A DNA stretch of 56,192 nucleotides from contig CBFHCJ010000001.1 in the NCBI GenBank assembly GCA_965654005.1, positions 1 through 56,192 of the forward strand, read 5' to 3'. The position numbers were made by a program, and so were the translations under genes. This DNA comes from an uncultured Streptomyces sp. Its GTDB lineage: Bacteria > Actinomycetota > Actinomycetes > Streptomycetales > Streptomycetaceae. A model generated the notes under the pieces. The model saw nothing but the letters and a program-made list of their open reading frames with translations. It had not been told where the DNA came from and did not search any database. Shown one piece after another: positions 29,409 through 39,219 of this stretch. Within the stretch, counting starts at the first letter, position 1, and the number at the start of each line of letters is the position of its first letter.

Positions 29409-30449
29409 ATGCGGCTTGCCAGCATGCACGCCGCGGTGCAGCGCACCTGGACGGTGGAACTGCGCCCGCAGCCGGGCGGGCCGGCCCTGGCCTGCCCCCG
29501 CTGCACCCCGCACCATCCCGTGCAGGCCGCCTCCGCCCGGTCGGCCGCCCTGACCCATCTGGCCCGCCACGCCCGCGCCGACACGCTGCCCGGGCACCTG
29601 CGCACCTGCCAGTGCCGGGCCCGGGGCTGCCACTGGCACCCCCGTCACCGCGGCTGCGCCGGCCCCGTCCTGCTTGCCCTGACCCGGGATCGCAGCGGCC
29701 GCACGTGGCGGCTCGCAGACGCCTGTGCCGCCTGCGCCGCCGCGATGAGCCACACCGCCATCGTGCCGCCGACACTGCTCAGTCCCGCTCGCATCCGTTC
29801 CTCCGCCGGCGGGCCGCAGCCAGAACGCAGGGTGCCCGCCTACGGCCCGCCGGAGCAGCAGCGCGTGCGGGAAATGCTCACCTACCTCGCCGTCGCTCTG
29901 CCCCGCTTTTCCTCCCCCGCCGCCCGGCTGCTGGCCCTGCAGTGCGCCCTGCGCGCCGACGGCCGAGGCCGCGTCCGGCTCCCCCGCGGCCTTCTGCGCA
30001 GCATGCGGCTGCACGGCCGTGCAGAACTGTGGAGCGAACTGGAACACGCCGGGTGGCTGCGCTGTTCCGTCCCGCGGCGTCCCCGTGTGGAGGCGCGTCT
30101 GCTCGATGCGGACATGCACTCCCAGACATCCGGCCGCGGCACCCGCGCCCGCGCGGCGCACTGGGCCCTGCACCCCGTCCCGCTGGTCGCACCGCGCGGG
30201 ATGTCCCCCACGGTGCAGCTCACCGCTCTGATCCTGGCAGCTCACACGTCTGACGGCTTCGGACGTGCGGAACTCGACGTGCTTGCCCGGCTGGGCGGTC
30301 AATCCCAGCAGCAGGTGGAGGATCTCCTCGACCAACTGGTCCGCTGCCGCCTCCTTGCCTCCTGGCAGCACCTCAGGGAGCACGACGAGATCGCCTGGCG
30401 CCTCCTGCCCGAACGCGGCGTACCGAGCAGCGCCACACCAGGAAGGTGA
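29409..30449 (+). CDS. Hypothetical protein with Cys/His zinc-binding N-terminus and winged-helix-like C-terminal repeats
   Basis: CPRC...HLARH, CQC...CHWH...CAAC. GGGAGGG RBS. Confidence 0.65.
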   Translation: MRLASMHAAVQRTWTVELRPQPGGPALACPRCTPHHPVQAASARSAALTHLARHARADTLPGHLRTCQCRARGCHWHPRHRGCAGPVLLALTRDRSGRTWRLADACAACAAAMSHTAIVPPTLLSPARIRSSAGGPQPERRVPAYGPPEQQRVREMLTYLAVALPRFSSPAARLLALQCALRADGRGRVRLPRGLLRSMRLHGRAELWSELEHAGWLRCSVPRRPRVEARLLDADMHSQTSGRGTRARAAHWALHPVPLVAPRGMSPTVQLTALILAAHTSDGFGRAELDVLARLGGQSQQQVEDLLDQLVRCRLLASWQHLREHDEIAWRLLPERGVPSSATPGR

Positions 30450-30610
30450 TCACCTGGCAGCCCTCCCCTCCGAAACGGCACGGGAGGCAGCACGTCCGAG
30501 CCGCGTCCCGCCATCGTCCGGTCCTGCCACGGTGGGACGAAGAGACGTACGGCAAGCGGGCCGCAACTCCGGCACACGGCTGCAGGGATCAGATCCGGTC
30601 ATGTTGTTTC

Positions 30611-30690
30611 GAGACAGCATGAGACGCCATGAGACGCAGAGAGACACCGGCGGACACCCATGAACGCCAACGAACGACAACGACCGCCAA
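30611..30690 (+). repeat. Array of eight phased 10-bp degenerate repeats
   Basis: gagacagcat gagacgccat gagacgcaga gagacaccgg cggacaccca tgaacgccaa cgaacgacaa cgaccgccaa. Confidence 0.7.
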
Positions 30691-30765
30691 CATCCCTGGC
30701 CAGGAGTGTCCGAGACGGCGCACCGGGTTGTTTCGAGCCCGAGGAGGAGAGCAACACTTGCCGGT

Positions 30766-31266
30766 ATGCCGAGCTTTCAGCAAAGGAAGGCCGTGGGCGA
30801 CGCACACGAAAGGCGCGTCGCCGAGGAACTCGCCCTGCGCGGATGGGACGTCAGCCCCTGGGGCCAGGGCGTGCTGACCGAAGCGGTGCGAGTCGCCCTG
30901 CGGGGCACCGAGAGTTCACTGCGCTGGACACCCGATCTCGTGGCCGCCAAGGACCGGCAGGTTTTCCTGATCGACTGCAAGAGCCGCATGACCAGCCACA
31001 TCACCCACCGCCATGCGGTAGAGCGGGCTGCCGTCATGGCGCACCTCCAGCTCGCCGCATGGACGCAGCTGCCGATCTGCTACGTCTTCGACAACCTCGA
31101 CGTCCTCACTCCCCTGGACGTCCTCATGCTGGGCCGCACCGGTCCGCAACCCGCCGCCGGCTCAGGCTCCCCCTACCACCTCGTGCCCACGAGACGCTCC
31201 CTCGCATTCGACGAGGTGTTCGGAACCATGCAGCATCGGCACACCCCCCAACTCGGCGCCGCCTGA
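30766..31266 (+). CDS. Small PD-(D/E)xK nuclease-like protein
   Basis: GDAHERRV...WTPDLVAAKDRQVFLIDCKS. GAGGAG RBS. Confidence 0.7.
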   Translation: MPSFQQRKAVGDAHERRVAEELALRGWDVSPWGQGVLTEAVRVALRGTESSLRWTPDLVAAKDRQVFLIDCKSRMTSHITHRHAVERAAVMAHLQLAAWTQLPICYVFDNLDVLTPLDVLMLGRTGPQPAAGSGSPYHLVPTRRSLAFDEVFGTMQHRHTPQLGAA

Positions 31267-31633
31267 CCCGGTCGGCATGCAGCTGCCGACCAGGGCGCGC
31301 CCCGGTCCCCTGCGCCGCGCCCATCACACCCGAGGGCGAGGGCTCTCCGCCACCACTCGGCCGCCGCAAACAACAGACGGATCAGGCGGGCCAGCGAAGG
31401 CAGTGGGCCGCCCGGCGGGCAGGCAACGGCAAAGGGGCGGCAGCACCCAGCAGTTCACAGCCTGCCCTGAGGTCCCTTCACAGCTGGGCCACACGCCCGT
31501 GCCTTGCTCGCCACTCTCACCCACAAGGATTCACGTGGTCCGCGTGCTCAGACGCGCGACAGGCCGGTCCCTGCTGTTGCTTGCACACACAGCGCCGGTC
31601 CGCCGGCTCACCGCTCACGGCCTCAGGGGTCAA

Positions 31634-32188
31634 TCAGTAATCGACGTCGACGTAATCGATGTCGGTGAAGTCCACCAACAGGCCCTGCGCGCGCCGGCCG
31701 CGGTCCTTGAAGTAGATGTCCTGGAGTCCTTCGGCCACGATGCCCTGGAGCTGCTCCTCGGTGGCTCCGGCGGCGTGGGCGTCGAAGAGCCGTGCTGCGT
31801 AGACCGGGGGAAGGCCCTGGGTGATGGATCGTAGCCGCGGGTCGTCGGTCGTGCCGGGGGCGGCGGTGAATCCGAAGCGCGCCCGGGTGTCGATGATGAC
31901 GCCCCCGGTCGTGGCGGCCTGTTTTCTGGCCCGGTCGCGGACCCGGGGCTGCCACCGTTTGCGGACCTCGTCGGCGAGCCGGTCCGCGAGGTGGCGGCGG
32001 GGCTGCTTGAGCTGTCCGGTGAGGTACCGCTCGACGGTGCGCTGGGTGACGCCGAGCAGGTCGGCTGCACCCTTGGTGCCCTTGGTCTGTTTGACGAGGT
32101 ACTGCATCTGCTTCTGGGCCGACTTGGGCATGGGGCGGGTGAAGTGCGCGGCGTCGGCCTTGTCGAGGCTGTCGGCGATGAGGCCCAT
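31634..32188 (-). CDS. tpg: Terminal protein Tpg
   Basis: 184 aa. FTRPMPKSA, HTH LGVTQRTVERYL, RWQPRVR, FGFTAAPGTTDD with Thr at position 114. Directly downstream of tap. Confidence 0.95.
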   Translation of the reverse strand: MGLIADSLDKADAAHFTRPMPKSAQKQMQYLVKQTKGTKGAADLLGVTQRTVERYLTGQLKQPRRHLADRLADEVRKRWQPRVRDRARKQAATTGGVIIDTRARFGFTAAPGTTDDPRLRSITQGLPPVYAARLFDAHAAGATEEQLQGIVAEGLQDIYFKDRGRRAQGLLVDFTDIDYVDVDY

Positions 32189-32194
32189 CGGGGT

Positions 32195-34300
32195 CTACTC
32201 CCCCTCGTCCTGGCCGGCGACGATGCCGGTTTTGATGTGCCGGGCGATGTTGACGTCCGGGCCGTGCTCCTCGAGCAGGCCCTCGGCCCACAGCACGCTC
32301 TGGGTGCCCTCGTGTTTGACCATCCCGGGCGAGACGCCCAACCGGAAGGTGCCGGGCAGGGGCTTGCCGTCACGGTAGGGCAGGAAGTCGAGGGGGCTGG
32401 GGCCGTCGGAGGGATACACGGCGCAGTCGGAGAGGATAGCGACCGGGTACAGGTCCGCGTGGGTGGCGAGCTTGAGCATTTTGCGATGCATGTTGATACG
32501 GGCGCCTGCGATGACCGCGGCGCGGATGTCGGGGCGCCAGGTCGGGCGGGCGAGCGCGGGCCAGGGCTCGCCCGGCCGCCAGCCGCCGCTGCGGGCCCGC
32601 TCGCGCAGTTTGCCGAGGCCGCCCTTGACGGTGGCCTTGATGGCGCTGAGCACGGCGGCGAGGACGGGGTCGGTGTGCTGGTGTCCGGCCATCGCGGCCA
32701 GGAACTGCTCCTCCGGCATGCCTGGGGTGATGCCGAGGTCGGCCATCGTGGCGACGTAGGCGTCGCGCAGCCGGGTGTACCAGGCGTCCAGGTAGGGGCC
32801 GTGCTCGTAGCGCAGGTAGGCCTCAAGAGGGGTGACGGGGTAGCCGAGTTCGACCGCGTAGGCGACCGTCGGGGTGGCATACCAGGCCGGACCGGTGGGG
32901 CGTTCGCCATGCGGGGTGAACGGGCTGGGCAGACGCTCGTCGAGGCGGATGTGGGAGAGGTCGACCAGCCAAGAGCCGGGCAGTTTCGCGTCGAAGAGCG
33001 GCCGGTGGACGTGGACGGGGGCGGAAAGGCCGACGGTGAGCCGGTTGGCGGCCGCGGCGAAGGCCATGTTGACGTCGATGCCGACCACGTAGGGCTTCAT
33101 GCATTCCGCGTCCGTCAGCGGCCGGGACCACTGGTAGGCCTCTTCGTCCAGCACCTGGTCGGGGGTGCGCTGGTGGAAGCGGGGATACAAGGCGGCGACG
33201 GCCGGGTGCCCGTCGGGAGCCTCGGGCGGGGCGCACTCCACCGCCTCGGTCAGCGAGCCGGGCACCGGGCCGGAGACCCAGTTCCCGGTGGCGGGGTCCT
33301 TCACCGCGCGGGTGGGCGGGCGCAGTGCGGTCATCAGTTCCAGGCCGGTGACGGCGGTCGAGCCGCACGGGGTGAGCACGCGGGTGGCGTAGGTGCCGAG
33401 CAGGCGGGCGAGTTCGGCTGGCTCCAACTGGCCGGCTGTCCCCCAGGAACGGGTGTCGAGGGCGCCCCACGGGACGACGGCGAACTGCACGCACTGGCGG
33501 CGTGCGCCGTCGGCCGCGCGGTAGACCCGCGCCCACGGGCCGAAGCCCCGTTTCGTCATCTTCCACTGCGACTTGGTGAGTTGTTTGATTAGCGGGTGGT
33601 CGTCGGGCAGACGCAGGCCGCGCCGGTCCTCCAACACGGTCGGCAGACCGAGACGTTGGACGGCTGAGGCGGTCAGCACGATCAGCGGGTCGGCGTCCTT
33701 GCCCGAGCGGTGAAGGCGCGCAGCGCCCAGTTTCGCCTCGCCCAGCGCCCAGTCGACCAGTGCCGGGAGGTCGGTGAGAGGGCAGTCGAGCACCTGGCCG
33801 CCCGCCCCGTAGGCCGTGTCGTCGCCGTCCACGACGACGAGCGGCCCGTCGGCAAAGCGTGTGTCCGCTGCGGGCGCGGCCGCCGGCTTCTGGCGCGCCG
33901 ACCGACGTGCCGTCGCAGGCCGCCGGATCGGGGTCGCGGGACCTGCTGTGGGCGCGACAGGCGGTTCAGGCGCCTGTGGCTCTGTGATGGCGGGCGGGCC
34001 AGTACGAGGTCCTGGCGCCAAGCCGGAGGACGCCGCAGGGACGGGAAAGCGGTCAGCGAGGCCGTCGAGGAGGCGAATGTAGGCGGCCCGCTTGGGAGGG
34101 CGTGGCTCGGTGCGGCCCGCCTCCCAACCGGTCACCGTCTCGCGTCGCACGTCCAGTGCCTTCGCGACCTGGTCCTGGCTCAGGCCTGCGGCCTCGCGCA
34201 GCCGTTTGCGTTCGGCGGGGGCCGGCAGGGCATCCGGTGCCGCCGCCTGTTCCAGCAGGGCATCGACCGATGCGAAGAGCCCGTTCTGCTCATGGGACAC
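32195..34300 (-). CDS. tap: Telomere-associated protein Tap
   Basis: N-terminal XRE HTH (ERKRLREAAGLSQDQVA), GFGPWARVYR, GIDVNMAF, WRPDIRAAVI, SDCAVYPS, FRLGVSPGMVKHEG. GGAGG RBS before GTG 34300. Confidence 0.95.
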   Translation of the reverse strand: MSHEQNGLFASVDALLEQAAAPDALPAPAERKRLREAAGLSQDQVAKALDVRRETVTGWEAGRTEPRPPKRAAYIRLLDGLADRFPVPAASSGLAPGPRTGPPAITEPQAPEPPVAPTAGPATPIRRPATARRSARQKPAAAPAADTRFADGPLVVVDGDDTAYGAGGQVLDCPLTDLPALVDWALGEAKLGAARLHRSGKDADPLIVLTASAVQRLGLPTVLEDRRGLRLPDDHPLIKQLTKSQWKMTKRGFGPWARVYRAADGARRQCVQFAVVPWGALDTRSWGTAGQLEPAELARLLGTYATRVLTPCGSTAVTGLELMTALRPPTRAVKDPATGNWVSGPVPGSLTEAVECAPPEAPDGHPAVAALYPRFHQRTPDQVLDEEAYQWSRPLTDAECMKPYVVGIDVNMAFAAAANRLTVGLSAPVHVHRPLFDAKLPGSWLVDLSHIRLDERLPSPFTPHGERPTGPAWYATPTVAYAVELGYPVTPLEAYLRYEHGPYLDAWYTRLRDAYVATMADLGITPGMPEEQFLAAMAGHQHTDPVLAAVLSAIKATVKGGLGKLRERARSGGWRPGEPWPALARPTWRPDIRAAVIAGARINMHRKMLKLATHADLYPVAILSDCAVYPSDGPSPLDFLPYRDGKPLPGTFRLGVSPGMVKHEGTQSVLWAEGLLEEHGPDVNIARHIKTGIVAGQDEGE

Positions 34301-34598
34301 GAGAGCCACCTCCACCTCCACCTTAACACGAAAAGCGCATTGAATCACACATGAAACGCACATTTGCAGAGGTGAGCGGATGTCAGCAGCCCTGCGACTG
34401 TCCAGGTCCTGGGGGTGCCGACTGGGCTATCAACCGGCCGTTGAACCGAGGGAACGACGTGTGCCGCAGGTGTGCGCCAGAGAGTGTCGGACGATGGCGG
34501 GATGGACGAAACACAGCGCGGTGAGGCGCTGGTGCAGATCGTTGACCGTTGGCCGTGCGGCGGGGCAGGGCTGGCGGAGGGTGCGAACGGCGGATCGG

Positions 34599-36905
34599 TC
34601 AGGTCCACCGCATGTCGAGGGCTTCCAGAGCGTCGAGTTGTTCGCGGGTGAGTCGGGCGGGCTCGCGGCGCCGTTCTCTGATCCAGCGGCCCAGATCGAG
34701 GGGCTGACCGTCGACGGTGCACGGATAGCTGCGGGGGACGTTGAGGTGCTGATGAGAGCGCCAGAAGATGCGGGCGGCGCGCAGGCCGCGGGCGAAGGCC
34801 CAGCCGGACGGGCCGTAGGGCCGGCGCAGGAGGAGGGCTAGGGGATGGTGGAGCGGTAGCGCGCCGAGGAGATTGTGCTGCATGTCGGTAAGACTGCCGA
34901 GGCGGTCGATCTGGTGGTCGAGCCAGCGGGTGAGGAGGCTGTCGTCGCTGTCGGGGCTGAGGTCGGGAAAGGTGAGGTCGCCGCCCCGAGCGGCCTTGAG
35001 GGCCTTGGCGTAGGTGCGTTTCCACTCGTCTTTCCATCTGGCTGCCCACCAGGGGTAGATGTCGTTGAGGGCCCGGTGGTAGCAGTCCGGGAGAGCGCGT
35101 TGGCGGGCTTCTCGGCGCCAGTCGGCGACGTGGCGGCCCAGGGCGATGCCTGCGTGATGTTCGTTGGCGCGGGGCGCGAGGTGGCCGTGCTGGGCGGTGT
35201 AGTCGCGGGCGATGTCGAGCTTGTATTCGATGCTGCGGGGCGGGTGCTGCCAGGTCATGCCAAGTGCGGTCAGGCGTTTGATGCGGTCGGGCAGGAGCAT
35301 GCGGTTGGCGCGCAGGGAGCGCTGCTTGCCGAGCCACCAGCCCAGGTAGAAGCGGTCGGAGGTCAGGTGCCGGCTGGCGACGTCGAGGTTGCCGTGTTCG
35401 GTGTGGTAATTCTGGGCCTGTTCGAAGCCCATCTCCCAGACCTGGTTGGGGGCATCGACGTGATCGAGGCCCAGCACGGCGAGGATCTCGTCGACGCGGA
35501 TGGGGTGGGCTGCGAGTTCGGGCTCGGTGGGCTCGCCGTCCACGGTGAGGTATTCGACGCGTTCGAAGACATGCTCGTCGTAGACGCTGAGTTCGATGAG
35601 GACTTGATAGATCAGGTGGAACCGGGTGCGCCGGGTGGCCTGCCCGATGTCCTCTCCCGGTTCGGTGTAGACGGGGATGATGATGGTGGAGATCTTGCCG
35701 TCGCCGGGGGTCTGGCGCAGGGTGCGGCCGACGGCCTGGACGATGTCGATCGTGCTGGTCTTGGGGTGGGCGAACAGCAGGGAGTCGATGGCGGGGATGT
35801 CGATGCCTTCGGCGCAGCAGCGGCAGTTGGTCAGCACGGCCCGGCGCGGGTGGGTGTCGGCGGGGTGGGTGGAGAGCGGGGCGGTGCGGAAGGCTTCGTA
35901 GTTCTGGTAGCGGACGAAGGAGTTCTGCTTGGAGTTGACGGTGTTGACCTGGAGCCGCGACACGTCGTAGCCGGGCATGCGGGCGGCGGTCTGCGGCAGT
36001 GTTTCGGCGCATGCTTCGGCGGCCGCGATGCAGGGGTGGAAGGTGAGGGTGCGCCTGAGGTCGTAGCGCTTCTGGGCCACCAGAAGAGCGATCTGGGCGG
36101 CGGCGGCACGCAGTCCTTCGCCGGTGTAGCTGGTGAGAGTGCCACGCAGGCTGCGGCGTAGGTCTTTGTTAGTGATCGTGATGACGGCGATGCGGTAGTC
36201 GGCGAGCAGGCCTTCCTGGATGGCCTCGGCCATGGAGAGGCGGTAGACGACGGGCCCGTACAGGCTCTGGTCGTCCATGGAGGCGATTTCGATGTCGGGC
36301 CCGCCGTCTGGGCCCTTCCTGCGGTTGAACTTGCGAAACGTGGCGGTCATATAGAGGCGGTGGCGGGCGGGCAGCGCGTCGTTGTCGTGGACGGTGCCCC
36401 AGGCTTTGTCGAGGCGGCCTGCGGTGTGGTGGGCCTCGTCGGCGACGACGACGTCCCAGTCCGGCAGGTGGTAATCGGCGTGTGCCTGGACGATTTTGAA
36501 CAGCGACTGGTAGGTGCAGAACACGTTGAGAGGGCCGTCGGTGTCTGCGGCGGCCTCGGCGAGGCTCTCGGGGGTGTTCACCACCGTCAGCGTCTTGGCC
36601 AGGGAACGGCTGAGGGCCTCGTCGGGCGAGCAGACGCCCAGGTAGCGGCCGGGGCGCCCCTCCCTGTGCCAGGTTCGTGCGGTCTGTTCCAGCAGCGCCT
36701 GCGAGGGGACCAGGACGAGAGCCCGTCCCTGGGGCGCGGTCTCCTGTACGGCGTGGAGCGCTACATGGGTCTTGCCGGTTCCGGTGGCCATGGTGCTGGT
36801 GACGCGGGTGGCGCCTTCGGCGAAGCTGGTGACGATGGCGTCCACGGCCATGTCCTGGTGACCGTACAGCGGTGTCTTGAGGCCGTTGAGGGTCAGGGTT
36901 GCCAC
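34599..36905 (-). CDS. ttrA: Second TtrA-like SF2 helicase with HA repeats
   Basis: MATGTGKT, DEAH, MTATF, QAVGRTLR, HA repeats ending LEALDMRW. GGAGG RBS before GTG 36905. Confidence 0.85.
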   Translation of the reverse strand: MATLTLNGLKTPLYGHQDMAVDAIVTSFAEGATRVTSTMATGTGKTHVALHAVQETAPQGRALVLVPSQALLEQTARTWHREGRPGRYLGVCSPDEALSRSLAKTLTVVNTPESLAEAAADTDGPLNVFCTYQSLFKIVQAHADYHLPDWDVVVADEAHHTAGRLDKAWGTVHDNDALPARHRLYMTATFRKFNRRKGPDGGPDIEIASMDDQSLYGPVVYRLSMAEAIQEGLLADYRIAVITITNKDLRRSLRGTLTSYTGEGLRAAAAQIALLVAQKRYDLRRTLTFHPCIAAAEACAETLPQTAARMPGYDVSRLQVNTVNSKQNSFVRYQNYEAFRTAPLSTHPADTHPRRAVLTNCRCCAEGIDIPAIDSLLFAHPKTSTIDIVQAVGRTLRQTPGDGKISTIIIPVYTEPGEDIGQATRRTRFHLIYQVLIELSVYDEHVFERVEYLTVDGEPTEPELAAHPIRVDEILAVLGLDHVDAPNQVWEMGFEQAQNYHTEHGNLDVASRHLTSDRFYLGWWLGKQRSLRANRMLLPDRIKRLTALGMTWQHPPRSIEYKLDIARDYTAQHGHLAPRANEHHAGIALGRHVADWRREARQRALPDCYHRALNDIYPWWAARWKDEWKRTYAKALKAARGGDLTFPDLSPDSDDSLLTRWLDHQIDRLGSLTDMQHNLLGALPLHHPLALLLRRPYGPSGWAFARGLRAARIFWRSHQHLNVPRSYPCTVDGQPLDLGRWIRERRREPARLTREQLDALEALDMRWT

Positions 36906-37079
36906 GCGGTGTCCTCCCCTGGGTGTCATGGCAGTCCTCGCCCCGAGGGTGAGGAGGTTTCCGGCGCGCCAGAGACCGAGTCGGAGCAGGTTCACTCGAA
37001 GGTGTGGCCGGGTCTTGACGGCCTGTGCGAAGCGGCACGAGTGTCCTGGTCAGGCGTGCTGTGGCGGGGAGGAAGTCCC

Positions 37080-38102
37080 ATGGACTTGGCGGGGTTGCTG
37101 GGACCGAGCCGTCCGCTGCCGGTGCAGGTGCGGCTGGTGGGCGGGGAGTCGACCGGATCGTTCGTGCGGCGGCTGGGGCGGGCCAACGGTCTGAACCTGG
37201 CGTCGTTCCTCGACCGTGTCGGGCAGGGTGAGGCGTCCCGGTCCGGGGACCCGGAGCAGGTGGAGAAGTACCCGCAGTACACCGAGATGAAGGTGAACGC
37301 AGCGGGGCGGACCTACATGTCGGTGCTCTCGGGCCTGGACGTGGGGCTGCTTCAATGGGCGTTGCCGTCACTGGCGGATGACCTGCTGCTGCCCGGTACG
37401 GGGCCGGCGGTGTGGCAGTGGCCGTGGGAAGCCGAGGGCGGGCATCTGGTGCCGTGGTGCACGTCGTGCGGACACCGGCGGCAGGTCGGTGAGCGCGTGT
37501 GGCTGATGTCGGCGGACAGCTGGCAGCTGTGCGGCCGGCACCTGCGGTGGACGGACGACTCACGCAGCACCGATCCGGACACCGTGCCGCTGGCCGCGCT
37601 ACCAGCGTGCGTGGCAGCGCACCGGGACAGGCTGCGCCTGCAGCGCAAGTTCAAGTCGGCCGGCGAGGAACTGTTCGCCGACGCCTGCCAGGTCATGTAC
37701 CAGTGGTGGACGTATGCGCCCCACACGCTGGTGTGGGTGCAGCGCGCCTGGGCGGCGGGGCTGGGGGCCCGCTCGGCGCGTGCCGTACCCCTGGTCGTCT
37801 TCCCCGAAGCAGTCAAACTGGCCTGGCTGATGCTGCGATTCGAGCAGGCCGGAGGGCGCACCCCGCAGGACCGGGGCAGGTGGCTGGTTCAGGTCCAGCG
37901 TCAAGCAGACCTGTGGGACGTCGACTTCGCCGCGGGCAAGAACGCGCTGTTGCAGTGGCTGGAGCGCCACAGCCGCCCTGCCGCGACGGGAACGGGAGCC
38001 GCAACAGCAGGGCGGCGCCATCTCGTGCTGGCGGAGCGGCACAACCGGATCGCGGCCCGTGCGGGCTCTCTTCAGCAGCGCTCGTGCATGCCTGGCACAT
38101 GA
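37080..38102 (+). CDS. tniQ: TniQ-family protein
   Basis: LPVQVRLVGGESTGSFVRRLGRANG, with zinc ligands CTSC...CGRH. Confidence 0.85.
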   Translation: MDLAGLLGPSRPLPVQVRLVGGESTGSFVRRLGRANGLNLASFLDRVGQGEASRSGDPEQVEKYPQYTEMKVNAAGRTYMSVLSGLDVGLLQWALPSLADDLLLPGTGPAVWQWPWEAEGGHLVPWCTSCGHRRQVGERVWLMSADSWQLCGRHLRWTDDSRSTDPDTVPLAALPACVAAHRDRLRLQRKFKSAGEELFADACQVMYQWWTYAPHTLVWVQRAWAAGLGARSARAVPLVVFPEAVKLAWLMLRFEQAGGRTPQDRGRWLVQVQRQADLWDVDFAAGKNALLQWLERHSRPAATGTGAATAGRRHLVLAERHNRIAARAGSLQQRSCMPGT

Positions 38103-38505
38103 GCCTTCAAGGGGATGCCCGCGAAGAATCGTGAGGCCGAAAGCGTGGCCGACCTCAGCCTCTCCCCCGCCGCCGTACGCGCAGACGATCGCGCAGGCAG
38201 TATTCGATCGGAACAGTCCCGGTGGCCGAGTTCAGCTGTCCCCGGCTCGGCGCACGCTCCCAAATGGACCCGTCCCGTCCAGTTGACGGGTCGACTGCTG
38301 GAGACATGTGCGCTCCGCCGCGTCGCGGGGTGGACGGCGATTCTCCCTTGAGCCAGGATCACGCAGAAATCCGCTCGGGGAGAGCCGCACCTTGTCGCTG
38401 ATCTGTCAAGGGCATGCCCCTCGAACGGAGGAACTCTCGGCGCTTACCCGCCGTGTGCTGTCGCCAGCGGTGACCCTGAGCTGAGCGGTGAGCACGGAGG
38501 GTGCC

Positions 38506-39219
38506 ATGCATGACGTACGGGTGTGCTACCTGGACGAGCGTGAGCAGTTGGTGTCGGCGGCACCCGCTGATCTGGTGGGGGTGGCGGTGGAGGAGCGGCG
38601 TCCGCCGAGCGAGCCGGTGGCCTTTCACGGTCGTCCCGGGAAGCTGTCCGACTGCTGGTGCGCCACGACCAATGGGCATGTGGTGTGCGGTTCGCTGCGG
38701 CGCCGTCGGGTGGCACTGGGGCTGGACTTCGATCCGGAGATCACCTGGATCGGCGGGGAACCGGTGGAACTGCACTGGCAGGGTGCGGGAGGCAAGCGGC
38801 GCTGGCGTCCGGATTTCGTGACGCGCACGGTCACCGGGACGCGTCAAGTCGTGCTGGTGGAGCCCGAGAAAGGCGGACCGCATTGGCGGGAGGATCTGGA
38901 GGTCGCACACCAGGTCGCGATGGCGGCCGGCTGGCAGGTGTCGGTTCAGCGGGTGCCGGAGGGTATGCGCCTGGCCAATCTGGAGTGGGCGGCCGACTAC
39001 CGCCAGGCGGTGCCGGTGGCGGCCGCGGAGCGGGAGGCGGTCGAGGAGGCCTTTCGCCGCGAACGCCCCATCGGCGAGGGGGCGCGGGCCAGTGGCGTGC
39101 CGTACGCCTTGGCGCTTGATCTGGTGTACCGGCTGGTGTGGCAGCGCCGTCTGAACATCCGCTGGGACCGGCCCCTGATGCCCCGCGCGACGGCGTGGCT
39201 TGCCGATGGGGCGGCATGA
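38506..39219 (+). CDS. tnsA: TnsA-like heteromeric transposase subunit, catalytic residues degenerate
   Basis: WCATTNGHV...LDFDPEI...RWRPDF and C-terminal wHTH (VYRLVWQRRL). The ESxxE and DxK-type positions appear substituted. Confidence 0.8.
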   Translation: MHDVRVCYLDEREQLVSAAPADLVGVAVEERRPPSEPVAFHGRPGKLSDCWCATTNGHVVCGSLRRRRVALGLDFDPEITWIGGEPVELHWQGAGGKRRWRPDFVTRTVTGTRQVVLVEPEKGGPHWREDLEVAHQVAMAAGWQVSVQRVPEGMRLANLEWAADYRQAVPVAAAEREAVEEAFRRERPIGEGARASGVPYALALDLVYRLVWQRRLNIRWDRPLMPRATAWLADGAA

